Source of the DNA: Pseudovirgaria hyperparasitica
Lineage: Eukaryota
Length of the DNA stretch: 64,000 nt
Assembly (NCBI GenBank): GCA_010093815.1
Contig: ML996582.1
Reading direction: 5' to 3' (one strand)
How positions within the stretch are numbered: the stretch's first letter is position 1; the number at the start of each line of letters is the position of its first letter. Below the pieces are notes generated by a model that was given only the letters and a program-made list of their open reading frames with translations, ran no database searches and was not told the origin of the DNA. Positions 51,867 through 64,000 of this stretch are shown piece after piece. Both the position numbers and the translations under genes were made by a program.

Positions 51867-53937
51867 ATGGAGAAAATCACCGACAAGCTTGCTGCCTTGC
51901 CCAAGGATGGCACATACTTTTCTCTAGAGTTCTTTCCGCCCAAAACCCAGATGGTTCGCTTGATGCATGTTCTACATCCTCCTCCGCTGCATGCTAACGT
52001 GTCTCGTGCAGGGGTTCGCCAACCTGCAGGACCGTCTTCATCGGATGGCAAATGCCCTACATCCACTCTTCGTGAATGTGACTTGGGGAGCTGGCGGCAG
52101 CACCGCCTCCAAATCGCTCGAGCTCGCCGAGTTGACCCAACGACAATTAGGTCTGACCACATGTCTCCACCTTACCTGCACAAATTCGAGCCGCGAATTG
52201 ATTGACAAGACGTTGGAGCAGGCGAAGGCTCTCGGTATCAGAAACATACTGGCGCTGCGTGGAGATCCGCCGAGGAGTGAAGAATACCGCGACGATGACC
52301 AGAAAGAGGACGATGATTCGAACAAGGACTTCACATGGGCTGTCGATCTTGTCAGATACATTCGCAAACAGTATGGCGATTACTTTTGCATCGGTGTGGC
52401 CGGATACCCTGAAGGCCATTCCGACGAGAGCCACCCCGAACATCAAGACCCCAAGAACGATCTGCCCTACCTCGTAGAAAAGACTAAAGCCGGCGCAGAC
52501 TTTATCATGACACAGTTGTTCTTTGACACAAAAGCTTGGGATGACTATGAAGACATGCTGCGGAAGCATGAATCGGGAGTGTTCAAGAACATCCCCATCA
52601 TACCTGGCCTCATGCCCGTGCAAAGCTACCAGATCCTCCGCAGAATCACAAAACTCAGTCATGCCAAGATACCGACAGACACTATGGCTCGCCTCGATGC
52701 TGTCAAGGGCGATGATGAGGCTGTAAAGCAAGTTGGTGTCGATATCATCTGTGAGATCGTGGAACATCTGAAGACTTTGGGTGGCCCAACACCAAGGGGG
52801 TTTCATTTTTATACTCTCAATCTAGAGAGGTCGGTGACTCAAATCGTGGAAAGATGTGATCTTATCGCTGAGGTTGCTGAGATCATAAAAGAGTTGAATG
52901 GTGACACAGGTGCAGTGGTCAACGGTGATACCAATGGAACCGCACCACCAGGTGTTGTCCTCACAAAGGATCGGAGGAGGTTGTCCTCGACAGCGAACTC
53001 AACACCTCGCAACCGATTAGTCGTTGAAAGGCCGTCAAGCTCCAGTCTCGCGAGCTACGAAGCTCTCGACGGTGAGGCCGGCGTGCCAAAAGACAAAATC
53101 AACACAAGAGCAAATGCTTTAGCCATCTCAGAAGGCAAAGATGCGAACTGGGACGACTACCCAAACGGCAGATGGGGTGATGCTCGTTCACCTGGTAAGT
53201 TACAAGGAAACAATTTGCTCCCATAAGCCTAACAGCTTCCAGCCTACGGTGAAATCGATGGCTACGGTCCCTCTTTACATGTCACCCGCTCTCAAGCCCT
53301 CAAATACTGGTCTCATCCTGTCACAAAAGATGACATCTCGTCCCTCTTCCGCGATCACCTCTCTGGCACCCTTGAAGCCCTTCCTTGGAGCGAAGATGCT
53401 CTCAGTCCTGAAACCGCCACCATTCGAAATCAACTCCTCCGTCTCAACGCAAAAGGCTGGTGGACTGTCGCATCGCAGCCTGCCGTCAACGGTTTGCGCA
53501 GTACAGATTCAATTTTCGGCTGGGGTCCGAGATCAGGTTTCGTATATCAGAAGCCATTTGTCGAATTCTTCCTTCCAGCGGCAGACTGGGCGAAGCTACA
53601 GCCGCGACTAGACGATGCGAGCGAAACTATAACATACTTCGCCGGAAACCGGGCTGGTGGATGGGCGGCGACGGATACAGGTTTCGTCACAGCGGTCACA
53701 TGGGGTGCGTTTCACAGCAAGGAGATTGTGAGTCCGACTATCATCGAAGCGGAGAGTTTTCGCGCGTGGAGAGAGGAGGCCTTCCAGATCTGGGACGAGT
53801 GGCAGCGCATATATCCACCTCGGAGCGCATCTAGTGTGCTGCTTGATGGCGTGAAAAATGACGTTTGGTTGGTGAATGTCATTAGCCATGCGTATGTTGA
53901 AAAGGAGGCGCTGTGGGAGTTTCTAGCGCAAGACTGA
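51867..53937 (+). CDS. MET12: Methylenetetrahydrofolate reductase (Met12-like paralogue)
   Basis: FSLEFFPPKT, VTWGAGG, LALRGDPP, VAGYPEGH, FIMTQLFFD, FHFYTLN, WDDYPNGRWGD; introns 51954-52011, 53195-53242; paralogue assignment from N-terminus only. Confidence 0.9.
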
Positions 53938-54387
53938 GCTATCAGAAGGGGATCAGGAGTACGACGGAGGTCTAGGCAAAGACTGGAACATAGGTAGTGT
54001 CGTAGTCAAGGATGGCGTCTGTGAATCGGCGTTTTGATCTGTAGTACAAAAATCAACGGCGTCGGTTCTTGATCAAAGTGCAATATTTTTATCCATTGAT
54101 GACACCAAACTCCTGTCGGTAAGTTTATCGTCGAACGTCAGCCATTCATGTCCAACACCGTAAACCCCAGTCTTTGGCCCTGGGGTCGAAACAACGTGTC
54201 TATCTTTAGTTCGCAAGGAGTTTATAAGAATTTTCATTCTTCTCCTTGTTATTACGTTTAGGCTTGCACGTCTTGCTGTCTTGACTTTGAAAGCGATGAT
54301 GATACAAATATATCTAGTAGTCGGGGACATGCTGTCAAAGAAAAGGAGGGTATCATATTGCAGTCTACCTTGAATTCATCGTTGGTA

Positions 54388-55365
54388 TTATGTCCGCGAC
54401 AAAACGTCAATGATCCAGTCCATGCTCTCGTACCCTTCCTTGACCCCATACTCCCACAGCAGCGGGAACACATGGATCTGCTTGTCCCATTGCAGCCACT
54501 CTCCCTCGACGCCCTGCTTCTCCAACGCCTGCCTGAACAGAATCCCATCTGGCCCAAGTAAATCATAGCCAGCCGTCACGCCATGTATCTTGATAACCCT
54601 ATCCGCGAGCGGCTTCAGATCTGCAAACAAGGGCGACACTCGCGGGTCCTGCGCATCCCATTCTCCGCACCACGCCTTGGCGCTGTTCTTGATTGTGCGA
54701 ATCGTGAGAATCGGATCTTTCTTGTTGATCTCCTTGATCATCTCGTTCTTCCTTGTGAGGTCGGTGGACGGGCAGATGGCCATGACGGCAGCTGGCGCGG
54801 GTACATCGGCATGCGACGCGCCTTCAATCGCAAGGCACAACGCGAGATTCGCACCAGACGAGTCGCCGGCCCAGACCACCGTTTCGCCCGCAGCTGCCGA
54901 TTCATGCATCAGGGCATGGTATAGCTCGTACAGCTGCGGGAGCGCGGTCGGCGCCGGGTCCTTTGGCGCGAGCGGGTGCGAGATGATGCTGACGATTGTG
55001 GAGGGTAGTTTCTCGGCATATCGCGCGCAGCTGGACCATTGCTGCTTGCCGGGCTCCATCTGCCAGGATCCGCCGGCGAAGTAGTAGATGCGGCGCTTGG
55101 CGCATTCTGTTACGGGCGTATCTTTGAGTGTCAGGTCGTAGACGTATATGTCGTTGACCTTGCGCTCCGTGACGGTGCACTTCTTCTTGGCGTTCTTGTG
55201 CGGTTTGAGTTGGGCGGAGCCTGGCGGCCGGGTGCGGTGGGCGGGAAAGAGAATGAGGCCACGAAGGGCGCGCAGGAAGTGACGAAGGAAGGCTTGAAAA
55301 AGGGTATTGTCTGTGCGGTGGGTGAGATGTATTGACGACTTTACTGGTGTAGATGAGTCGGACAT
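54388..55365 (-). CDS. Alpha/beta-hydrolase (HSL-like esterase/lipase)
   Basis: YFAGGSW oxyanion segment, GDSSG nucleophile, DPRVSPL, YDLL, HVF. Confidence 0.87.
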   Translation of the reverse strand: MSDSSTPVKSSIHLTHRTDNTLFQAFLRHFLRALRGLILFPAHRTRPPGSAQLKPHKNAKKKCTVTERKVNDIYVYDLTLKDTPVTECAKRRIYYFAGGSWQMEPGKQQWSSCARYAEKLPSTIVSIISHPLAPKDPAPTALPQLYELYHALMHESAAAGETVVWAGDSSGANLALCLAIEGASHADVPAPAAVMAICPSTDLTRKNEMIKEINKKDPILTIRTIKNSAKAWCGEWDAQDPRVSPLFADLKPLADRVIKIHGVTAGYDLLGPDGILFRQALEKQGVEGEWLQWDKQIHVFPLLWEYGVKEGYESMDWIIDVLSRT

Positions 55366-57388
55366 CGTGGAGGATTGAGGTGTTCGGGCGCCGATACGGC
55401 TCTGTGTATGGAATGAGTGACTTGTATTGAAGACGGTGACAGTCTATCACACGTCGTTATAGTCAATGAGATTGGGTTTATCCCATTACGGGAATTTGTA
55501 CATAAAGATGGGAGGAAGACGTGTTGAGATTGCAAGCTTCTCGGTTGAATGCACGCGTCATGGTGGCTTTGTCATGGTGGATCAACAACGTATCCTTCAA
55601 TAACTTGATGGCTGGGTTCGGGAGGTGAAGATTGAGTGAAGATTGAGGTTGTCAGTCATCTAGAGCTGAATATACACGACGAAAACATGTATGCAACAAA
55701 AATATCAAACACCAGCACGCCGATACTGTCAACCTCTTAGAGCCGATGTCATCGGCGGCCAAAGCTCCACTAGCGCTAAGCTCAATACTCCTTAGCGGCT
55801 GAAGCTGCTGCATTGAGATAAAATTTCTTGTCCGCCTTCCACAACCTTTCTTCTCTACGCGTCCACAAGACAGTATACAACAACGCGCCACGCTCCGCAG
55901 CATTTTGCTGTAGGAGCTCTGGCTAGGCCATCGTTGTTGTGCGATATAGCGACGCGAAGAAGGAACTTCGGACTCCATAAGAACTGGCCGGGCATCATTC
56001 AGTTGCGCGGGCGGTGTCAGAGGAGTCAAACACATCTCCACGAAAACACTAACTTCATCCATCTTATATCCCGTGGCTGCATGGTTTAGAAGAACGGATG
56101 CACGTTTGACGGGAGATGACGAGTCATCTTGATTGATGTTACCACGGCATACCTGGACTCATCGTAGAGCTTGCGAAGCCACATAAATATCTAGCGCTAG
56201 GTTCTCCACGCCTATTCTCACCGTGTCTGCTCGTATTCATACCCACTTCATAGCCAGATCATGATACCTCGAGCTTACTCATTTCTTGCACATGATCATC
56301 ATGTGAAATTTATATATTCTGGTGAAACCGCATGCGATCAGCTTTTCTGAGGTCACCCTCATCCCGGTTCGACCATGTTTTTTTTCGATATCCGGTACAT
56401 TGGATTCATCTCAGCGTATTCGATATTTGTACGTGCCACGCAAACCAGATGCTAGTATGAATGGGAGACTGCTTAATGATCATAAAGCAGTGGGCGAGGG
56501 CGAGCTACCACGGCATCTTTCGTACCTACCTCCTCTTGCAATCATACAGGCTGCCACATCGTGACGGAGAACGATACCTCTGCATCTGACGACTACTTCT
56601 CACTCTTCCGTAACCCAGGTAGTCACACAAATATCTCCTGTGAAAATTTCGAACATCCGTTGCATGCCGGGGGGCATAGTGTGTAATCATGAGCTTAAAC
56701 ATGTGCATCAATGGTACGACAACGCTCTGACTTGCAGTCTCGCTACCATGTGTGATAGCTTTGTTTTGGTAATCAACGAGTATGCTTTTGGTGTTCCGAA
56801 CGCCTCGGTCTGCGGGACTCAAGTGATTCTCAGGGCAGTACAGACTGCTGGATATTCATGCGAACAACGGAAGCCATAGATGGCATAGACCCAACGGCAA
56901 GCGGGTCTTGTTTGCGCATTTATGATGGCCAAGATGCTACATCTGTCGAACGTTACTCTCACTTTTGCTCTTAGGATCAATAGCGAAAAGCTTGGGCTGG
57001 CATACAGTAATATTACTGCAAATACTGGTAATAGTGCGCGTCTTCTAGATTCAAATATCAGTGCAAACGACATCGGTATATTCCAAGCGAAACCGGTCGA
57101 GAAACTGACATGAGCAAAGTTGGATGTTGACGTGTGAAGTTGCTCGATCAGGTGTGATACTCAGCGTATGTAGTGTCATGATTTCTGTTCACGTACTGCC
57201 GCTGCGTAGGGCTTGGAGATCGTTGAGCTACAATCAGTGTCGCAAAATCAGATCATGACATCTGTATATAAGATAATCTTACGTATCTACAAGTACGGGT
57301 CATTAAGCGATCAACATACCAGTCGTGCCTATCAATATACTCGATAGTGCTTGGTTTCAGACTTGTAGTAGGATACTTCGATCTTACC

Positions 57389-57981
57389 ATGGCTCAAGAA
57401 AGCAACCTGCGGGAACCCAAACGCTTCGTTACCACCCATAATCCCGCGGGCTTGGCCATGTTTTCGAATGCGTTGGCTGAGGATGTTTCTCTTACGCCAA
57501 TAAGCTGACAATCCTACAGTCAAGCTTGGACTAAGTTACGTGTGCGAAGGGTCTCATGATGGGGTTGAACTGCGAGGAGGACATCATCAAGACCTACAAG
57601 GGCGACCTTGAGAACGATCCAGGCCTCACTATAGGTAATGGACAAGTACTGCGATACGCTGACTTTGCGGTACGCGCTCTTCGGACTCTCCTCTTGACCT
57701 GCTAAAAGCGACATGCGGGCTTCAAGCACGCTATGCATCGCACTGTATCCATCGACTACGGTGTTGTTCTAGAGGGCGAGATATATTGCGTTCTGGACAG
57801 TGGCGAATAGCGGCATATGAAAAGGGGTGATGTTTGCGTTCAACGATGGACTATGCATCTATGGGAAAATGCAAGCAACACAAATTGGTGCCGCATGATA
57901 TTCGTACTGTCGATGAGTGAGCCCTTGATAGCCGGGGAAAAAAACCTTGAGCTGGACGTGGGCACTACGGCAGAGCAGTGA
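57389..57981 (+). pseudogene. Cupin-domain protein pseudogene
   Basis: RFVTTHNPAG, LRYADFA, MHRTVSIDYGVVLEGE..LDSGE*RHMKRGDVCVQR.TMHLW; in-frame TAG 57808-57810 and frame changes near 57500-57560. Confidence 0.8.
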
Positions 57982-58304
57982 AGTCAATACTCGTCAATAA
58001 TGTGGATGTTGGCAAGGTGTGGTCATGCAGAAGAAGTGAAGTCATGAAACAGGTACTATGGCCCGAGCGCTGAGCTAGGTCCACCGAGGGATGCAGGATA
58101 TGATTGGCATTGTCTTTGCATCGCAGATTGCTTGTCAAAAACAAGATATAGTACTAGGCCATACTGCTACATACGGTGAACATCATAAGTTGACAATTCA
58201 GAATCTTTGGACACGTTCGAGAACCACTTTTGTGTAACCAGAGCATGCCAAGAACTTACTCAATAACCGTCACACCCATCTGAGCTACGCCGCAAACTTC
58301 TTCT

Positions 58305-60044
58305 ATGCGACATACAGCTCATAGGACTGGCCATCGGAAAATACTATTCAAGAGAAGTATGGCGTCATCCACATCGCAAACCGGTCTGCCGGACTTGTAT
58401 AGTCGTATTGAAGAGCTATCTGTGTCCGATGATGGGCAAAGACGCTCGCCCTACCCACCTATTCCAGCACTCTATACATCTCGTCCTATCATCCAAGACT
58501 CCTTATCGACAGAGAGCTCAGAAGTTCAAGATGGTGTGATCAGAGACTGTTTACCATTTCTAGAGGGCAATCCGAACAAGCAACCACTCAATAGCAGAGG
58601 CATCCAAGCGCTGCAGAGAGACAATCATGTGGAATTCCTGAAAGACGCACTGGAAGACTATCCAGCTGGGTTCGTTGCGGTGGACGCAAGTAGACCATGG
58701 ATCTACTATTGGTCACTCTCGGGACTGGCGATGCTTGGTGAGAACCTGGATAAATACAGGCAACGGTAGGTGTCAAATGCTTGCTGTTCGATCACGAAAA
58801 CTCAAAAAGTTATCACTATCTCTTTACCGTCTTTCTGCACATTCGCGTACAGGCGCCAATGGGACGTTCTTGCATGTTACACACGAAGCCCACCTGACAT
58901 CTCTACTAGGCTCATTTCAAATCTACTTGCAGCGCAGAATTCTACGGGGGGGTTCGGTGGTGGGCATGGTCAGTACTCACACGTCGCGGGTTCGTATGCA
59001 GGCGTGTTGAGTCTGGCGATCCTTGGGGGCAAGGAGTGCTACGACATGATCGACCGTAAAGCCATGTGGGAGTTTTTAGGTAACATGAAGCAGCGTGATG
59101 GTGGCTTCACGGTGGCTCCAGGTGCTGAGGAGGATATTCGCGGTGCATACTGTGCCATGACGATTGTGTCGCTGCTCAATCTACCGCTCGAGCTACCCAA
59201 AGGGTCCCCCGCACGCGTTAACGGCGATGAGACGTTCTTCACTGGTCTACCGGAATGGATATCAAGGTGCCAAAGCTTTGAAGGCGGTATAGGAGCCTCG
59301 CCCGGGAATGAAGCACATGGTGCTTATGCTTTCTGCGCCTTGGCTTGCTTGAGTCTTATTGGAGCACCGTATGAGATGATACCCAAGTACGTTGTTGTAC
59401 TCCTTCTTTACGAGACATATGCTGACAGCCTAGATATCTTGATATACACAGCCTGACGGCATGGCTATCGTCGCAGCAACACGCACCCGAAGGTGGATTT
59501 GCTGGACGTACTAACAAGCTCGTGGATGGCTGTTACAGTCATTGGGTCGGTGGCTGCTGGTCAATGCTTGAATGTGCCATATGGGGACCGGATACTCATC
59601 CGAGAAATGGTAAGGAATTATGGAGCAAGAATGGCCTTGCCCGTTGGATATTGTGCTGTTGCCAGGGAAAAAATGGTGGGCTCAGAGACAAGCCAAAAAA
59701 GTATACACCATTTCACGCAATCACGCATGTATCTAACCATTTGCAGACATCCGGATGCATATCATACCTGCTACAACCTAGCTGGTCTATGCGCTGCTCA
59801 GTTTCAGTACGTCTATAGGCCATCTGAACTTAATCCATTCGCCAACGCTCCGTTGTCAGCAGCTTTCAGCTGGACCATTCAAGATTCGAATAGCAATGGC
59901 GTACTGGAAACCTGCCCGGCAACTGACGAGCAATGGTGCTGGGACGAGAAGGATCTGCTTAAGCCGGTCCATCCAGTCTTTGTTATTCCACTTGGGCAGG
60001 CCGATAAAATCAGAGGTTATTTCGAGGCTAAAGGAGCGTTCTGA
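58305..60044 (+). CDS. RAM1: Protein farnesyltransferase beta subunit (start 58305 or 58359)
   Basis: DASRPWIYYW, GGFGGGHGQYSH, EEDIRGAY, NEAHGAYAFC, GRTNKLVDGCYSHW, GGLRDKP, DAYHTCYNL; introns 58766-58909, 59387-59433, 59701-59746. Confidence 0.95.
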
Positions 60045-60153
60045 GCGAGACTGTATCTCAATTCACAAATTCTCAGGGCGGGTGTATCAAAAGCCCATCC
60101 TACACAGACCTCCTGGATACCAATGTGCATATTGAGGTGCAATACTACGCACG

Positions 60154-60539
60154 CTACGATCCGCGGCTCTCTGGTGTTGCATCCATGTACATCATCATCA
60201 TGCCCGACTGCTTTGGTCCAACGACCGCCTTCAATGCTTTATGTACTGCACACTCCTTGTCATAGTATTCGAAGTCTTCCAGCGAGGCAAAGGATGTGTG
60301 TGCACAGATGGAGAACCCCTGGTTGCGTGCTTCAGGATAGGTCCGTTGGGCGTAAGCACGGAGTATGTAGGGCTGGTCGTCCTGTTGCATCAAAGTAAGC
60401 ATTGGATGGCTTGGATGAATGGTTCGCCGTGATTGACCTTAAGAGCTTTTTCTTTGAGCCCTTTGTACTGTGCTAGCACCTCATCAATGTCCTCCTCTGC
60501 AACTTTGAACAGCGTGATGCGGTCGATTGACTTCGCCAT
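60154..60539 (-). CDS. Stress-responsive A/B barrel (Dabb) protein
   Basis: IDRITLFKV, PYIL, RNQGF, FASLEDFEYYDKECAVHKALK; intron 60382-60437. Confidence 0.87.
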
Positions 60540-63500
60540 GGCTTCTCGAAGATCTGTGCTGGTGACAGTTGGTCAATTGGTTTTCGACACTAATTCACCC
60601 AGAAGTTTCCCTAGCTATAGAGGGGCATCGGCATTATTCTAACGCACGGAGGGTCCCCCGCACGACGCAAGGCTCTACTATGCCGTAAATTTCCGATAAT
60701 TACTCCGTAGAGCAGCACGAGTGATTGCATGCAGACCAACATTCTCCCTTGCAGTGTTGATGTATTGCTACTCAGAGTCCACGAATATGCTCAGGCCTCA
60801 AGACATTTTCAGCAATCATTGAGCGAGACGCGTACAGTCAACGCGTGGTAGACAACAAACAAGACGTGTGCAGCGTGTTCGGAGGGGATAACACGCGGGA
60901 TGAGGTGGACGATGTGATTATGGAGTATAGGCGAAGGATGCGGGCGTTGCATCGTCTCTTCCAGCGATGCTCACCGCTTTTTCTTGTTCCTTCGCTGGTT
61001 GGGTCGAGCGAAGGTTACGGCTCAGATAGTCTACCAGACTGGCAGTGAATGAAATGTGGTCTGAATCTCCATACAGCCGGAATGCATAGGCTGCACATGT
61101 GGTGCGTCCTGCGTGTAGCAAGCATTGTGCCGACAAGGGATAGATATATCGTCGGTCTCAACCTCACGTGCACGACAAGACAACAAGGCAAATCTCACTA
61201 CATCATGTCAAATCGTTGCCTTCTCAGGTGGTCAGCAGTCTCAGATATATTGTAACCACATCACGAGAACCTGAAAATGGGACTTGACCAGTGGCTTTGA
61301 CCTTCAGTCCTACTAACGACTAATGATCTTCAGGTGTGATAGTCAGTCTCTCTAGCGCCCGTAACGTGCTGCGCGCGCGAAGACGCAATTTTGATGCCGC
61401 ACCGTAGTGTATACTATGTACCCGTACACCAACACACATCTGACTTTCAACACAAAAGTGACCTCCCGTGTTGCGTCTTCCCCACCAACTGCAAGCCATT
61501 GGCTCAGCCGCCTAGCATGCCAGCATTACAAGCCTCTTCCCTGGCATGCAGGCCGCCTGTCCAAGGAGAGGCGAATCGCTTGCAGATGAGACCCGAGGTA
61601 GACGCGATACCTTGGCCGTTGACTGCTCGTTGCTGCACATCAATTGTGTTGCTGACACGAACGAACCCTGCCGACCTAGCAGCTTTCATGAAGGCTGACA
61701 CCAGCAGCAGCAGCATCAAAGACCATGACGGTGTCCATCTCCAGCCAATGCGTGCCATCATGAGCCTTCCGGCTACTCGTACTCCTATGCACTATGTACG
61801 GGATGCTGTGCTGACAAGATTCGGCCATTGCTATGCCCATCAACACGGAAGAGGATGGCCGAATTATCAATCCCAAAGCGATCATCTGGCCGAATCCAAC
61901 CCAGCGATCGCTCAAGGGGTTCTACAGATTCGCGGAGGAATAACTGCGTTCAAACATTTTTGCATCTGCATCTGATACATAATTGCCAGGAATGCCCTGG
62001 GCCGTCCGCATGTCATGACCCGGCCGAAAGGTATCGATGCGGTCAATGGCTTGACCCCTCATTCGTCAGGTTGTTTTGCATCGACAACAACAACAATTAT
62101 GTCAATAATCACCACAATTGATGAGAATACTCCACGGTCTTGTACCAACTACATCTACAATCGTCAGACTACTATGAGGACGTGTTTCATCACTGCTCCT
62201 GCTCGTTACTGCAAGTTTTGCACAGGCGCTCTCGATGCCATGTTCCTCCTGCGACTCATGCGTCAACTAGCAGCCGTTGGTCGTCGCCCGTTCCTACAAG
62301 GCGCATATTGCCAGCTCATTCGTGCATGACTGGGGTACGACAACACGACAACTCGTGGGTACCACCAGGCCCAGTTCTTCCTTCATCAATCTTTTTGGTC
62401 TTCATTGGCCTCCTCGTGCTGTCGCTGCTCTAGTCGGCGTTAGAATAACACCATCTTCTCGGTGTGTTGTTATACCTGATCAACCGAAGCGTAGTGATAC
62501 GCTCAAGCTCGCTGGAAGCCACCGTCGAACCTACTGCACCAACATCACGGCTGCGTGTCAAGATACTCACCAGTAGTCTCGAGCTTAGGCGCGATGCCCG
62601 CCTCCTCGCTACCGCATCGGGCAAGGCTGCTGGCATTTGATGCGTCCAACATGGAGACATGCCCGTCTCCACGGACGCTCTCGCCAGTTTCGCTATGGTC
62701 TTGCCGCCGGACTACCAAAATAAACAAAGCCTCTGTTTCTCCATCTGACAAGCGTATCCAAGATCTTGAGTGCGTTCCGTGAGTCCGGGGGACGGCTCAA
62801 GATCTTGAATTGCTTTGCTTCCTTCGGCGTTGCCCTCTCAGCAATACCGCAGCATTAGCGGATTTGCGAGAGTACCGCTGGGATAGACATCGTACGCATG
62901 GTCCCGTTAAGGCTGAGGAACTCTATGAATGTCTCCGGTGCTCCGGGGTTCCGGTCAACGTGAATCTCATGTGTACAGCTTTGCCCCAACCTTCCATATC
63001 AGTATCAGTATCAGTCTGTGCGAGCCGCCGATCACAAACGTCAAAAAAAAATTCACAGAGCTTTGACGTACCTACGGCTCGAGACTCGCAGGGTCCAATC
63101 CCGATCAGCGGTCGTTGAATCGCGCTATTGCTGCATAGTAGTGGCGAACCGAGGGTTATGGGGTGCCCTCGAGGAGGGGCTACCGGTGAACTTTTGTGCT
63201 CGTTCGAAATGTCTATCAAAGTAGCTGACATTCTGGAACACACTCCGCTTTTACTGGTAAAGCGAGACGCCAACACATCAATAATGGGTCTCAACTCCAG
63301 AGCCTCAATCACGCCTGCAGATTATTCATTTCTCACAGCCAATACTATACAATCTTGCTACTGGCGGTCGAGATGTGGACGCATATCCAGGCATGCCTGC
63401 TCCGCTCGCTTTTGTCCCATTAAATTACACTCCGTCTCCCACTCGGAGGGAGTAAGATATCCTACCTCCACCCATTCCTTCTTCTGCAGGCCACCTCACT

Positions 63501-64000
63501 CCCTTGCTGTCGACCTCTTAGACAACACTTCGCCAGCAGACACGACAACTGTCACTTCTAACATTAACACATTGTCAAGCCTCCCCACACGCATCTCTCG
63601 GGGTACAGCAGGAGCCTCGCTTGTGAGTGGTCCGTCACCCTCGTCCGAATCGACCGCACAGTGTTTGGGCAGGCCAGAACTCGAGAAAGACATCCGAATT
63701 CGGCCATTGAAGGGAATTTTCAAGCCATTGAGAAAAGAAAAAAAAGTGTTGCCACTGTAATCTGTTGTAACCAGAGGCCCATTGAAGATGTTCTACCACA
63801 TCTACCTTACTGGTAAGACATTCAGATACTCGTTTGACTGCATTCGTGCTTGGTACCATAGCCTTGGAAAGTCTGCAACGATTGTCGTGTTGTATTTCAT
63901 GGGGCTCGATGCCTTGTACAGATCACGTCGACTGGGGGCTTAGTGCTGAAATGCCGAGTCTGACATGAACTACATCTGCAGATGGGCCACGTTGTTATTC

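Overview
Fungal (filamentous ascomycete) genomic DNA with spliceosomal GT-AG introns. Left arm (1-9.8 kb): 3' part of an MFS sugar transporter, an AMP-dependent acyl-CoA synthetase, ERG3 and two small secreted proteins. Centre (9868-31971): a 22-kb AT-rich island mutated by RIP (CpA/TpG->TpA), made of three nested Ty3/Gypsy LTR retrotransposons. Outer element E1 is on +, with 133-bp LTRs, a 4-bp CACA TSD and a tRNA-type PBS. Chromoviruses E2 (truncated) and E3 (238-bp LTRs, Tf1-like self-priming PBS) are on -. Right arm: SSR-rich spacer, ENA-type Na+-ATPase, a hypothetical protein, a SET-domain methyltransferase, cellobiose dehydrogenase, an amidohydrolase/decarboxylase, MTHFR, an esterase, a cupin pseudogene, farnesyltransferase beta and a Dabb protein. 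Main finding: after reversing RIP by hand, each retroelement carries an antisense, multi-intron accessory gene between pol and the 3' LTR that encodes a six-cysteine putative zinc-binding protein. The E2 and E3 genes look homologous (CxxC-x6-C-L-Q|I motif, intron phases 0/2/0, C-terminal coiled coil). The E1 gene has five introns and a DUF3716-like Cys6 domain. These reconstructions are manual and need computational confirmation.
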